A stretch of DNA of 64,000 nucleotides from Vulcanimicrobiota bacterium (GTDB lineage Bacteria > Vulcanimicrobiota > Vulcanimicrobiia > Vulcanimicrobiales > Vulcanimicrobiaceae): assembly GCA_963812155.1 (NCBI GenBank), contig CAWETW010000002.1, positions 32,001-96,000 on the forward strand. The letters are read 5' to 3'. Under the pieces are notes generated by a model. That model worked only from the letters and a program-made list of their open reading frames with translations, ran no database searches and was not told the origin of the DNA. This document shows positions 1 through 12,246 of the stretch, piece after piece (positions within the stretch are counted from its first letter, which is position 1; every line of letters begins with the position of its first letter). The translations under genes and the position numbers were made by a program.

Positions 1-787
1 GGCAGCGATTGATGTCGCGTAAGACGTCGGTCGCTTCGCTCAGGCGGCGGTCGTCGAGCAGCACGTGCGCGGAGAGCGCGTGCGAGCCGCTGGCGATCGA
101 CCAGACGTGCAGGTCGTGAACGCCGGTGACGCCGCCGATGCGCTCGAGGCGCGCGACCAGATCCGGCGCGTCGACGTCGCCGGGCACGCTCTCGAGCAAC
201 ACGTTGGTCGCGTCGCGCATCAAGCGAACGACGCCCGTGACGATGATCGCCGCGACGAAGAGCGAGAGCGCCGGATCGATCCAGGCCGCGTGCGTGAAGG
301 CGATGACGATGCCGCCCGCGATGACGGCGGCGGCGCCGAGAACGTCGCCCAACACGTGGAACAGCGCCGCACGCACGTTGAGATCGCTGCCACCCTGCCG
401 GTGCAGCACCACGCCGACGCAGACGTTGAGCGAGAGACCGATTGCGGCGACCACCGTCATCGTGAGCGCGTGCGGCTCGACCGGCGTGCCGAAACGGCGA
501 ATCGCCTCATACGCGATGACCAGGGTGGCGACGAGCAGCAGCGTTCCGTTGACGAGCGCGCCCAGCACTTCGATGCGTCCGTAACCGTACGTGCGGCGCG
601 GGTCGGCGGGGCGCGCAGCGCCGAATGCGGCGATCAACGCGATCGTCAACGCGAAGAGATCCATGCAGACGTGGACCGCGTCGCTCGTCAGCGCGAGGCT
701 GCGCGAGCGTATGCCGCCCCAGAACTCGAGCGCCGCGACCAACGCCGTCACGCATAATGCGAAAACGAGGCCGGCGCGGGGCTTCAT
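1..787 (-). CDS. Cation diffusion facilitator (CzcD/ZitB-like) metal transporter, runs off the window start
   Basis: Manual minus-strand translation from ATG 787: MKPRAGLVFALCVTALVAALEFWGG..SLALTSDAVHVCMD..TYGYGRIEVLGALVNG..NVRAALFHVLGD..VHDLHVWSI; these are CDF motifs. Not in the ORF track because no stop lies in the window. Confidence 0.9.
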   Translation of the reverse strand, partial: MKPRAGLVFALCVTALVAALEFWGGIRSRSLALTSDAVHVCMDLFALTIALIAAFGAARPADPRRTYGYGRIEVLGALVNGTLLLVATLVIAYEAIRRFGTPVEPHALTMTVVAAIGLSLNVCVGVVLHRQGGSDLNVRAALFHVLGDVLGAAAVIAGGIVIAFTHAAWIDPALSLFVAAIIVTGVVRLMRDATNVLLESVPGDVDAPDLVARLERIGGVTGVHDLHVWSIASGSHALSAHVLLDDRRLSEATDVLRDINRC

Positions 788-792
788 CGCCT

Positions 793-1380
793 TTACGCTT
801 TCAATGCCTTCAACGCCAGCGCCGCGAGCATCGCGCCGAACGTCGCGAACGTGCGGCTTTCGGCTTCTTTGATGACGGAAGGCCGCCACGTGCCTCTTCC
901 GCCGCCGGCCGGTTCGAGTCGCGGAATCACCGGAGGAACCTCGGCGCAATACGCATCGAACGCTTCGCCGAACTGCGATCTGAGAAAACCTTCTTCGTGC
1001 GGCACGATCGTCGCATAGACGCCGGCCATTGCGGCGAGCGAACCCGCGACCAGCGCCAAACGCGCCAACGGTGAATTACGGCCCGTGAACGCGATCGCGA
1101 AGCCGGCCGCCGTGACGAAGTTGCCGACGTACAGCGGGTTGCGCACGTACGCGTACGGCCCGGCGGTGACCAGTTCCGGCGCCGTCACTTCGTCGCCGCG
1201 CGTGGTGACGCCGGAGTATCCGACCGCCCAGCAGCGCACGAGTTCGCCTGCGATTGCCAGCGGAAGTCCGAGCGTGACGCTCAGCGCGCTCGGCTTTCCG
1301 AACGCCGTCAACGCGACGGCCGGCACGGCCAGCAGCGCGCCGCGATTTTTGAAGACGAAGGCTTGCACCGAGCCGGTCAT
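793..1380 (-). CDS. Isoprenylcysteine carboxyl methyltransferase (ICMT/PEMT) family membrane protein
   Basis: Motifs LVTAGPYAYVRNPLYVG and EEGFL..FGEAFDAYC..VP; ATG 1380 overlaps the upstream stop (ATGA). Confidence 0.85.
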   Translation of the reverse strand: MTGSVQAFVFKNRGALLAVPAVALTAFGKPSALSVTLGLPLAIAGELVRCWAVGYSGVTTRGDEVTAPELVTAGPYAYVRNPLYVGNFVTAAGFAIAFTGRNSPLARLALVAGSLAAMAGVYATIVPHEEGFLRSQFGEAFDAYCAEVPPVIPRLEPAGGGRGTWRPSVIKEAESRTFATFGAMLAALALKALKA

Positions 1381-2340
1381 GCGGTCCAAGGGTTACCCGC
1401 GGGAGCGCGGATTCCCCATGCGTGAGCGTACACTTCGCGCAGCGAACGTTCGAGCGGGATCGCGGGCGCCCAGCCGCAGCGCGAGCGCAACTTTTCCGCG
1501 CTGCCGAAGAACACCGGCACGTCGAGCGGACGAAACCGCTGCGGATCCTCACGGACCTCCACGGCCACGCCGGCGATGTGAATCAAATCGCGCAGAAGGT
1601 CGCGCACTTTGACCGGCGTTCCGCTGCACACGTTATACGTTTCGCCGCCGACGCCGTCGCGGGCGAGGGCGCAATACGCATCAACGACGTCGCGCACGTC
1701 GAGAAAATCGCGCGCGGCGTTCGAGATTGCCGACCATGAGCAGCGGCTCGCCGCCGGCGGCGATCGCAGCGAGTTGCGCTGCCAGCGACGGCACGACGAA
1801 ACGTTCGCTCTGCCCCGGCCCGATATGATTGAACGCACGCGCGACGACTACGTCCATTCCGAACGCGCGCGACTCCGCCATGAGAATCGCTTCGGCGGCA
1901 CACTTACTCGCAGCGTACGGCGTTGCCGGACGCGGTTCGAGCGTTTCGCGCAGCGGAAAATCGGCGGCGTCGCGCGCGCCGTAGACTTCCGCCGAACTCG
2001 TAAACAGAATGCGCGGCATCGGCGCGCCGGCGGCCGCGTACTCGCGCACCGCCTGCGTCAGCCGCGCGGTACCGATCGCATTCGTTTCATAGGTCGCGGC
2101 CGGCGACGAAAACGAATCCGGCACGAACGTCTGCGCCGCCAAGTGGAAGACGACGTCGGGACGCCCGATATCGAGCGCCGCGCGAAGCGAAGCAACGTCT
2201 GCCAAGTCGAGTGGAACGAAGCCCCCGATGTCGTTTTCGTGCGGGCCGCCGCACTCCAGCGTCTCGTAACCCTCACGGCGCAGCGCGCCCACCAAATAGC
2301 GCCCGACGAAGCCGCTCGCCCCCGTGACCAGCGCGCGCAC
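1377..2340 (-). CDS. rmd: GDP-4-keto-6-deoxy-D-mannose reductase-like extended SDR, one frameshift near 1720
   Basis: TGASGFVG, HLAAQ, YAASK, RAFNHIGPGQ in ORF 1681..2340 continue as AARDFLDVRDVVDAY..YNVCSG in ORF 1377..1838; adjacent to gmd. Confidence 0.8.
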
Positions 2341-2346
2341 GCGTCG

Positions 2347-4084
<1,738 letters not shown>

Positions 4085-4088
<4 letters not shown>

Positions 4089-5640
4089 GCCGTCACCGGT
4101 TCGCCGCGCAGCGCGCGCACAAATGGATTGACGTAGCCGGCGGCGCGTTCGAAGACGCCGTCGAAGCCGCGGCCGCCGTCCGGCGAGCGCTTCACGTCGG
4201 CGAACGTCGCGGCGTCGATCGCCTCCATCAATCCGAGATCGGCGACGCGTTCGAGCAGCGCTTCGCAACCGGCCAGCACGTCGTCGGCGCGCCGCTCGAT
4301 GCGGCCGCCCGGGCGCACGCTGATTTCGTCGCCGAAATGGCGCGCGGTGTTCATGATGTAGCGCGCGTTCTCCAGCGACAGCGCGCGGTCGGCAAGGTAC
4401 GGCGTGTGAATCGCCTCGGTGAGCATGCCGCAGAGATGAATCGTTTGTCCGGTCATCACCGACGTCAAGTTGAAGAGCGCGTCGATGAGATGACCTTTGA
4501 AGACGTCGCCGGTCATGTGTTTGGTGGGCGGCATGTACTTGAGCGGTGCGTCGGGGAAGATCTGCCGTTCGAGCTGCGCCTGTGCGACTTGGTAGAGGAA
4601 GCCGTCCTGGAGATCCGGATCGATTTCGTATGCGTCGCCCAGGCCGATCTGCTCGTCGGGCAGTCCGGCGCGGTGCGCGAACTCCTCGTTGATGAACTGC
4701 GAAGCCAGCACCGCGGGCGCTTGCTCGACGGCGTCGGCGGTCGTGAGGTAGTTGTCTTCGCCGGTGTTGATGATGATGCCCGAATACGCGTTGAGCGCGC
4801 GGCTGAAGTGCTGGTCGATGAACGTGCGCTTCATGTTGATGTCGCGGAAGAGAATGCCGTACATCGAGTCGTTGAGCAGCATGTCGAGCCGCTCGATCGC
4901 AGCCATCGCCGCGATCTCGGGCATGCAGAGGCCGCTCGCGTAGTTGGTGAGCATCACGTAGCGCCCGAGTTTTTCCGAGACCTCGTCGAGCGCCGCGCGC
5001 ATGATGCGGAAGTTCGCCTGCGTCGCGTAGGTGCCGCCGAAGCCTTCGGTCGTCGGCCCGTACGGCACGAAGTCGAGCAGCGATTGTCCGGTCGAGCGGA
5101 TGACCGCGATGACTTGGGCGCCGGCTTCGGCGGCGGCCACCGCCGCAGTGCGGTCTTCGTAGATGTTGCCGCTGGCGACGATCACGTACAGCAGCGGCGC
5201 GGGCTCCTGCGGAAGACGTTCGAGCAACGCACTGCGCTCGGCGCGGCGCGAACGCAGGTGTGAGAGCGCCGCCTCGACGTGCGGCCGCAACGCGCCGGCG
5301 TCGCGGCCCCGTCGGGGACGTCGTCGAAATCGGCCAGCGCGCGGCTTCCGCCCGCAATCGCCTCGCCGAGGGTCGCCGGCGTGAGACCCGTTTCGGCGAT
5401 CGCCCGGCCGAAGGCCAGCGCAACGCCGCGGCTGCGCTGGGCGGCGGTCAGCGAGTCGACGATCAGATTCGGGGCGGGAACGTCGTCGCGACCGACCCCG
5501 TCGACGCCCAGCAAGCGCAGCACCGCCCGCTCGACCGAGACCGTCGAATGGCCGTCGATGAACTCCTCGACGGGCGCGACGATAGCGGCCGCCAGCGTGC
5601 GGCAGCGGTCGACGGCGGCGCGGTCGATGCGGATCTCCAC
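4085..5640 (-). CDS. kamD: Lysine 5,6-aminomutase alpha subunit, one frameshift near 5305
   Basis: N-part STVSVERAVLRLLGVDGV (ORF 5182..5640) joins YVIVASGNIYED, AVIRSTGQSLLD, GTYATQANF, NYASGLCMPEIA, NTGEDNYLTTADA, KYMPPTKHMTG (ORF 4085..5992). Confidence 0.93.
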
Positions 5641-5655
5641 GGGAGAGTCTTTGGC

Positions 5656-6533
5656 TTACGGGGCTGAAGGCGCCTTGCCGCGCGCGGAGAGCGCGAGGTA
5701 GGCCGCGATGACCTTCTTGCCACGAGGGCATGTCGAAGCCCAGATCGGCGAGTTTGCGGCTCTCCAATGCGGAGAAGGCCGGACGCCGGGCGGGCATCTT
5801 CCACTGGTCCGCCGAGATGCGCTCGACGCTCGCCGCCACGCCCGCCTGCGCGAGCGCCTCGCGCGCAAAGTCGTACCAGCTGACCGGTCCGACGTTGGCG
5901 GCGTGATAGAGGCCGGCTGCGCCCGCCTCCACCAAGCGCCCGCAGCGCCGCCGCCAGATGGCCGGCGAAGGTCGGCGACGCGAAGACGTCATCCACGATC
6001 CGCAGCGGTTCTCCCGACCGGCCCTGCGCGATGACGCGATCGACGAACGTATAGCCTTTGCTCGCCGAAGGGCGGACGCCGTAGACGCCGCACGTCCGCA
6101 CCACCAGGGCGTCCGAGCCGAGCGCTTCGGTCAGCAGCTCGCCGGCGAGCTTCGAGACGCCGTACGCGGAAATCGGGTGCACCGGGTCCTCCTCCCGGTA
6201 CGGCCGCGCCGATGTACCGTCAAAGACGTAGTCGCTGCTGACGGTGACGAAGCGAACGCCCCGCCCGCCGCACAGCCGCGCGGCTCGTCCGACCGCAAGC
6301 GCGTTCACGGCGAGCGCGCGTTCCGGCTCCAGCTCGCACTGGTCGACGTTGTGAAAGGCCGAGCAGTTTACGACGGCTTCAGGCTGATGGCGTTCGAGCG
6401 CGGCCGCAAGCGCGCCGGTATCTTCCAGGTCGAGATCCGCGTGCGGCGGCGCAATCAACGTCCAGTCGGTCCAGTGGCGCCGAATCTCGGTTCCGAGCTG
6501 TCCCGAGCCGCCGACGACCAGCGCCCGCCTCAC
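5656..6533 (-). CDS. rfbD: dTDP-4-dehydrorhamnose reductase, frameshifts near 5940 and 5710
   Basis: GGSGQLG, VSSDYVFDG, YGVSKLAGE, SPTFAGHLA, then GLYHAAN..SWYDFA..RRPAFSAL in a second frame and IAAYL in a third. Confidence 0.88.
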
Positions 6534-7834
6534 GGCCGGGTCGCCGCCGTTGCGCGTTGTCCGTGCAGCGACTGCCAACCCAACGCGCACGCTACCGCGA
6601 TCGCGGTCAGCGCGTTTCCGATGGCGACGATGTGCACGACCTGTTCCAACGACGCATGCATCGCCGCAATAGCGAGCAGCGTTCCCGCAACGCCGACGAG
6701 CAGCGGGGCCGCAAACGCGATGCGGTGCGTCGCGATGCCGTAGGCACCGAGCACGCTGCTAAGCGCAAGGAACGTCATCGCCGCGCTATAGGGCAGCAAC
6801 AGCGGCGCGGCCGCATCGAAAGCGTGACCGACGAGCGCGTGCAGCAGCACGATGCCGAAGAGCCGAACCGCAATCAGCCCGGCCACCGAGATGCCCAGGA
6901 GCAAGGCGACGCACATCGCCAACGCGTCGCGCGTGCGTTCGCCGCGGACGTGACGCTCGGTGGCTTGCGGCAGCAGCACGGTCGGAACGAAACCGACGAA
7001 GTACAGCAGGATCTTTCCGGCCAGCGATGCTGCCGAATAGATGCCGGCTTGCTCGGGATCGAAGAAATGTTTGACGAGGATCACGTCCGCCGATCCGATC
7101 AAGGCGCCGGCCAGCGTAATCGCGGCCGCGCCGATGCCGCTGATCGCGATGCGCCGCCAATCGTAGTGAATGATGCAGCCTTCGACCGCACGGAAACGAG
7201 CCGTCAGGTTGAACGCAATCGCGGTCGCGCCGCCGATCGCCCCGCACAAAAAGCCGAGCATGCCGCCCAGCAAGGTCAGGCCGACGGCCGTGAAGAGCAC
7301 GACGCCGGCGACTTTGGCAACGCCGTCGGCGACACAGGATCGCGCGAATCCGGCGAAGTCTTGCGTCCCTTGCGCGACCGCGCGCAGTACCAAACTCAGC
7401 AGCAGCGTGCCGCCGAGAACGGCCACGAGCGGAACGATCCACGGCGGCGCGTGGAGGAACGCCGCTGCCGCCCGCATGGTCACCAGGGAGACGGCCACGT
7501 AGATCGCACCGAGAATTCCGAAAGCGCGCGCGACGTCAACGACCAGCCGGCGCACGTGCCGGTCGTCGTGCAGCACGCGAAACTCGGCGGCAAATCGTGC
7601 AATGACGGGCGCCGCCAGATTCGCCGGGACGGCCAGAATCGTGCTCGTTGAAATTAAGGCGTAGAGAATGCCGTAGTCGTCAACGCCGATACGCCGGCTG
7701 GCGACCGCGTGGAAGGCGAATCCGCCCAGATTGAGCACCATCGTGGCGGCAAAAACCAGCACTCCCTGGCGCACCATAATGCTGCCTTGAAGCCGGGCAA
7801 TGCCGCGATCGATCAAGCCCGAAACTGACGCCAT
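6530..7834 (-). CDS. Wzx-like oligosaccharide flippase (MOP superfamily)
   Basis: About 12 hydrophobic segments; DVILVKHFF..AGIYSAASLAGK motif; heads a sugar operon. Confidence 0.8.
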   Translation of the reverse strand: MASVSGLIDRGIARLQGSIMVRQGVLVFAATMVLNLGGFAFHAVASRRIGVDDYGILYALISTSTILAVPANLAAPVIARFAAEFRVLHDDRHVRRLVVDVARAFGILGAIYVAVSLVTMRAAAAFLHAPPWIVPLVAVLGGTLLLSLVLRAVAQGTQDFAGFARSCVADGVAKVAGVVLFTAVGLTLLGGMLGFLCGAIGGATAIAFNLTARFRAVEGCIIHYDWRRIAISGIGAAAITLAGALIGSADVILVKHFFDPEQAGIYSAASLAGKILLYFVGFVPTVLLPQATERHVRGERTRDALAMCVALLLGISVAGLIAVRLFGIVLLHALVGHAFDAAAPLLLPYSAAMTFLALSSVLGAYGIATHRIAFAAPLLVGVAGTLLAIAAMHASLEQVVHIVAIGNALTAIAVACALGWQSLHGQRATAATRP

Positions 7835-7923
7835 GGCCTGTTGCCCCGTCTCCCAAGTGAGCGAATCCCTTCGTCCGGCCTACGAGGAAGGGTCTCCCGA
7901 ATCCCTTTTGAACGGGGCTGGCC

Positions 7924-8469
7924 ATGCACGTCGAGCAGCTCCCGGTCGCGGGCGCGTTGGCGCTCACGCTGCCGGCGTATTCCGACGAACGCGGCTTTTT
8001 CAAAGAAACGTACTCCTCGACGCGCTATAGCGATGCCGGGGTTCCCGACCAGTTCGTGCAGGACAACGTCTCGTTCTCGCACCGCAACGTGCTGCGCGGC
8101 CTTCACGGCGCGCGCGGCATGAGCAAGCTGGTCGGCGTGCTCGCCGGAGAGGCGTATGACGTGATGGTCGACGTGCGGCCCGAAAGCCCGACGCGCGGTC
8201 GCTGGCACGGCGAGACGCTGCGCGCCGGCGAACACCGTCAACTCTACGTTCCGGCCGGCTGCCTGCACGGCTTCGTGGCGTTGACCGACGGCGTCATCTT
8301 CCTTTACAAGCAGAGCGCCCTGTACGACCCGGCTGCGGAGTTCGGCGTTCGCTTCGACGACCCGGACCTCGGCGTTGCGTGGCCGGTCGACGCGTCGCAG
8401 GCCATCGTGTCGGCCAAGGACGCAGCGAACCCGAGCGCTCGCTCCCTGGGCCTGCTCGCAAACCGCTGA
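7924..8469 (+). CDS. rfbC: dTDP-4-dehydrorhamnose 3,5-epimerase
   Basis: DERGFFKE, FVQDNVSFS, VLRGLH, DVRPESPT, HGF, VSAKD motifs. Confidence 0.95.
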   Translation: MHVEQLPVAGALALTLPAYSDERGFFKETYSSTRYSDAGVPDQFVQDNVSFSHRNVLRGLHGARGMSKLVGVLAGEAYDVMVDVRPESPTRGRWHGETLRAGEHRQLYVPAGCLHGFVALTDGVIFLYKQSALYDPAAEFGVRFDDPDLGVAWPVDASQAIVSAKDAANPSARSLGLLANR

Positions 8470-8471
8470 AG

Positions 8472-8500
8472 CGTAACAAACGCGGCTGCATGCGGGTAGA
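8472..8500 (+). promoter_or_regulatory. Possible autoregulatory ECF promoter (CGTAAC-N17-GGTA)
   Basis: AAC -35-like and GTA -10-like elements directly upstream of the ECF sigma gene. Confidence 0.3.
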
Positions 8501-8522
8501 CCTCCGCTAGAGACACCCACCG

Positions 8523-9131
8523 GTGACGGATGAAGAGTTAGTCTCACGAGTTCGCGAGGGAGAAAGGGAGCTTTTCGCGGTGCTGGTCGAGCGCTACAAG
8601 CGCGGAATTGCAAACTTCGTCGGCGCGAGCCTCCGCGACGCTGCCGACGTGGCCGACCTCTCGCAAGAGACGTTCCTGCGCGCGTACGCGCATTTGGGAA
8701 CGTTCAATCCGCAACTCGGAAAGTTCTCGACCTGGATCTATCAAATCGCGCGCAACGTCGTTCGCACGCATCTGGGCCGATCGCTGCGCCGTCCCGTCGC
8801 GCAACCGCTTTCCGAGGATCAAACGCTCGAGAACTCGCTTCCCGATCCGTCGCGCGAGGCCGATCCGGCCGGCGGCGTGTTGCGCGAGGAAGCCGAGCGC
8901 CAACTCCGCGCGGCGCTGGCGGAGCTCCCCGAACGAACGCGCACGGTGCTCGCCTTGCGGTATTTCGACAGCATGGAGTATCACACGATCGCCAGTACGC
9001 TCGGGCTTTCGCTGGGCAACGTCAAGACGCTGATCCACCGCGGTAAGATCGCGCTGGCCAAGAAGCTGCGCGAGATCGAAGAGCGCGCCGTGCCGGGCAG
9101 AGGAGGGCCGCGTGCGCTGCTCCTGGTGTGA
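8523..9131 (+). CDS. ECF RNA polymerase sigma-70 factor (SigW-like)
   Basis: DLSQETFLRAY, FSTWIYQIARN (region 2); LALRYFDSMEYHTIA..GNVKTLIHRGK (region 4). Confidence 0.93.
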   Translation: MTDEELVSRVREGERELFAVLVERYKRGIANFVGASLRDAADVADLSQETFLRAYAHLGTFNPQLGKFSTWIYQIARNVVRTHLGRSLRRPVAQPLSEDQTLENSLPDPSREADPAGGVLREEAERQLRAALAELPERTRTVLALRYFDSMEYHTIASTLGLSLGNVKTLIHRGKIALAKKLREIEERAVPGRGGPRALLLV

Positions 9132-9654
9132 GCCGCTGCTCGATGCGTACGTCGAGGGAACGCTCGACGCGGCGCAGACCGGCGCGATGGCGGCGCACTT
9201 GCGCACGTGTACGGCGTGCGATGCCGCGCATCGCCGGCTGCGCGTCGTCGACGCGCTGCTCATGACGGCGCGCGCGCCCGAGCTTGCGCGCGGACTTCAC
9301 CGGACACGTGATGACGGCGGTGCGCTTGCTGCCCGCTCCCGCACCGCTGCGTAAGCCGCTGCTTCCGCTTGCGGCGTTCTATCTCGTTGCGGCGTGGATC
9401 GTGACGGGCGCGGCCCTGACATTCCTGCGGCCGCACCTGCCGCTCGGCGCGCGTCACCGGAGCTCTGCAAAGTGTCGGCGCGGGCGGTCGCACAAGGATC
9501 GCACGCGATTTGGCCGATCGCGCCGTTTGCGCTGCCGGCAGTCGTGAGCGTGCTCGTCGTCGACGTGCTGCTCTTCGCCGCGGTGTTCGTGTTCTATCGC
9601 CGCGTCCGGCCGCGGCTGCGCGCCTATCTCGCCGCGCCGGTGGAGGCCGCATGA
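9112..9654 (+). CDS. Zinc-finger (zf-HC2) membrane anti-sigma factor, two or three frameshifts
   Basis: C..HLRTCTAC ZAS motif; continues DFTGHVM and two TM helices across ORFs 9284..9547 and 9394..9654. Confidence 0.8.
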
Positions 9655-10497
9655 TCTTGCAAGTCCGCCGCCGTCGCGACCCTCTTTCTTGCACTTTTTG
9701 CGGCCTTCGCCGCGCCGGCGCGCGCCGGGTCGAGCGTCTATCACGGCGGCACGTACGTGGGTTCGGTGGTCGTCGAGCCCGGGCAAATGGTCAAGGGCGA
9801 TCTCACCGTCATCGCCGGCGATGCGACGATTGCCGGCATGGTCGACGGCAACGTCGTCGTCATTGGCGGCGACCTCTACGAGCGTCCCGGCGCGGTCATC
9901 ACCGGACAAGTCAACACCGTCGGCGGCGACGTCGTCAGCGCGGTGGTGCCGTGGTCCTCGCCGCCCGATCGGCGGCCGCCGTTCGCCGATTACCGCATGC
10001 TCTGGCACATCGCGTCGGATCTCGTCGTCGTGCTCTTCTTCCTGATTTTCCCGATGCGCACGCGCATCGCGCTCGACCGCCTCGAACGCCATCCGGGGCT
10101 TTGCGCCGCGGTTGGACTCTTCGGTTGGGTCGCCGTACTGCCGCTCGCGCTGTTGCTGCTCTGCACGATCGTGCTGATTCCGTTCATCGTCCTCGAAGGC
10201 GTCGCGATCGTCGGCGCGATCTTCCTCGGGAAAGCGGCGCTCGGGCTTCTCGTCGGCCGTCGGCTGTGCGAGCTGATCAAGCCGTCGAGCACGCCGGCGC
10301 CCCTCGTCGCGCTGATCGCCGGCTTGGTACTCGTCACCGCGGCCGAACTCGTCCCGGTCATCGGTATCCTCGTGACGGTCTTCGTCTTCCTCATCGGCAT
10401 GGGCGCGGCAATCCTGGCGTTCACCGGCGAGCCGCTCGTCGGGCCCAGCGCCGCGCCGCGGCCACCGCTGAGCGGACCCCCGGTGCCCACTGGCTAA
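9651..10497 (+). CDS. Membrane protein with signal peptide, bactofilin-like beta-helix repeats and about 5 TM helices; frameshift near 9660
   Basis: ATG 9651 overlaps the anti-sigma stop but is one base out of frame with KSAAVATLFLALFAAFAAPARAG..VVVEPGQMVKGDLTVIAGDATIAGMVDGNVVVIGGD. Confidence 0.75.
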
Positions 10498-10507
10498 CTA
10501 GCCTCCC

Positions 10508-11716
10508 GTGACGACGGTCTCCCGGGCGGCCAAGTTCGCGGCACGCACCGCGCATCTTCGCGCATCGACGATTCGCGAGATGCTCAAGGTGACGCAGCAG
10601 CCCGACGTGATCTCGTTCGGCGGCGGACTTCCCGCGCCCGAACTCTTCCCCACGCAAGGCATCGCCGATGCGTCTGCGCGCGTCATGGAGCGACGCGGCG
10701 CGGCGGCGCTTCAGTACAGCGTTACCGAGGGCATTCCCGAAATGCGCCGCTGGGTAGCGGAGCGGCTCTCGCGCCGCACCAATCGCACCTTCGAAGCCGA
10801 CGACGTTACCATCGTCAACGGCTCTCAGCAGGGGCTCGACCTCGTCGGAAAAATTTTCCTCGATCCGGGCGATCACGTCGTCCTCGAACATCCGTCGTAT
10901 CTCGGCGCGATTCAAGCGTTCGACGCGTATCAGGCGCGTTATCTCACGGTCGAAACCGACGACGACGGCGCCATTCCGGAGTCGCTGGAGCGCGTGCTCG
11001 ATCGCGCCGATCCATTTCCGAAGTTCGTCTACCTCGTCCCGAACTTTCAAAATCCGACCGGACGGACGCTGGCGCGAGAGCGCCGCGAGCGTATCGTTCG
11101 CATCTGCGAGCGTTACGATCTGCCGATCGTCGAGGACGATCCGTACGGCGAACTGCGCTTCGAAGGCGAAGATCTTCCGCCGCTCGCTTCGTATCCCAGC
11201 GCCGCGCCGATTCTCTACTCGGGCACCGGCAGCAAGATTATGTCGCCCGGAATGCGCGTTGCGTGGCTGGTGGTGCCGGACGAAGAAATCCGCGAAAAGA
11301 TCGTGCTCGCCAAACAGGGTTCGGATCTGCACAGCGGCACCTTCGCGCAATACGTCTTCCACGAATACGTCAGCGACGAAGCGGAGTTCGCCAGACACGT
11401 TGCGACGATCGCGCGTACGTACCGTCAACGCCGTGACGTCATGGCCGAAGCACTCTCCGCTTTCGCCTCGACCGGACTGCATTTCGTGCCGCCGCACGGT
11501 GGAATGTTTCTCTGGGTTACGCTTCCCGGGAGCGATACCACCGATTTGCTCGCGGTTTGCGCCGAGCAAAAAGTCGTTTTCGTGCCGGGGGTGAGTTTCT
11601 ATCCGAGCCGCGACGTACACGACGGCATGCGCCTGAACTTTTCCAATGCCTCGGAAGAGATGATACGCGTGGGCATCGAACGTCTCGGTCACGCCATCGG
11701 CACGTCCAAGCGTTAG
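10508..11716 (+). CDS. PLP-dependent class I aminotransferase (LysN/2-aminoadipate transaminase-like)
   Basis: ISFGGGLPAP, PNFQNPTG, EDDPYGEL, SKIMSPGMRVAW, RLNFS. Confidence 0.9.
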   Translation: MTTVSRAAKFAARTAHLRASTIREMLKVTQQPDVISFGGGLPAPELFPTQGIADASARVMERRGAAALQYSVTEGIPEMRRWVAERLSRRTNRTFEADDVTIVNGSQQGLDLVGKIFLDPGDHVVLEHPSYLGAIQAFDAYQARYLTVETDDDGAIPESLERVLDRADPFPKFVYLVPNFQNPTGRTLARERRERIVRICERYDLPIVEDDPYGELRFEGEDLPPLASYPSAAPILYSGTGSKIMSPGMRVAWLVVPDEEIREKIVLAKQGSDLHSGTFAQYVFHEYVSDEAEFARHVATIARTYRQRRDVMAEALSAFASTGLHFVPPHGGMFLWVTLPGSDTTDLLAVCAEQKVVFVPGVSFYPSRDVHDGMRLNFSNASEEMIRVGIERLGHAIGTSKR

Positions 11717-11745
11717 TGTCAGTGCTGTTGTAAGGAGGACTTCGC

Positions 11746-12213
11746 GTGTCACAAGGATTGGTCGTCGGCATCTTCCCCGGAAACGACTCCGCGGCTATCG
11801 AGAGCGCGCTGAGCGCGCAGCAGATCGACCTGAGCAAGGTGAAGGTCCTCCGCAGCGCTTCCGCCTCGACTCCCGAGGACGAATCGTCCGAACTCGACTT
11901 TGTCGACGTCGTCGAATCAATGGATTCCAACAGCCTTTCCGACGACATGACCAAGGGCATGGGCATCATGGGGGATTCGGGCGGCACCGGCGTTCCGATG
12001 GGCCGCAGCGCCTCGCTTTCGTCGTTCTCATCGCGGGGCGCGACCAAAAACTATCTCACCGGTTTATCCGTGCCCGACGACGAGGCTGAAAACTTCAACG
12101 AAGCCATCGAGGCCGGCCGCTCGGTCATCGCCTATCCCGATGCCGGCGCGGACTCCGACAAGATCGCGGCGGCGTTTCGGGCCGCGGGCCTGCGCAACGT
12201 TCGCTCGTATTAG
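11746..12213 (+). CDS. Hypothetical protein, resembles general stress protein (YflT-like) architecture
   Basis: Strong RBS TAAGGAGG upstream; pattern VVGIF..IESAL..LSVPDDEAENFNEAIEAGRSVI. Confidence 0.65.
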   Translation: MSQGLVVGIFPGNDSAAIESALSAQQIDLSKVKVLRSASASTPEDESSELDFVDVVESMDSNSLSDDMTKGMGIMGDSGGTGVPMGRSASLSSFSSRGATKNYLTGLSVPDDEAENFNEAIEAGRSVIAYPDAGADSDKIAAAFRAAGLRNVRSY

Positions 12214-12246
12214 GGAACCTCAGGACCGCGCCCACTGGAAAGCGGC

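Noticed and set aside
7862..7907. Direct repeat CGAATCCCTT twice in the flippase/rfbC divergent gap
   Set aside because: Only 10 bp and two copies; cannot be separated from chance.
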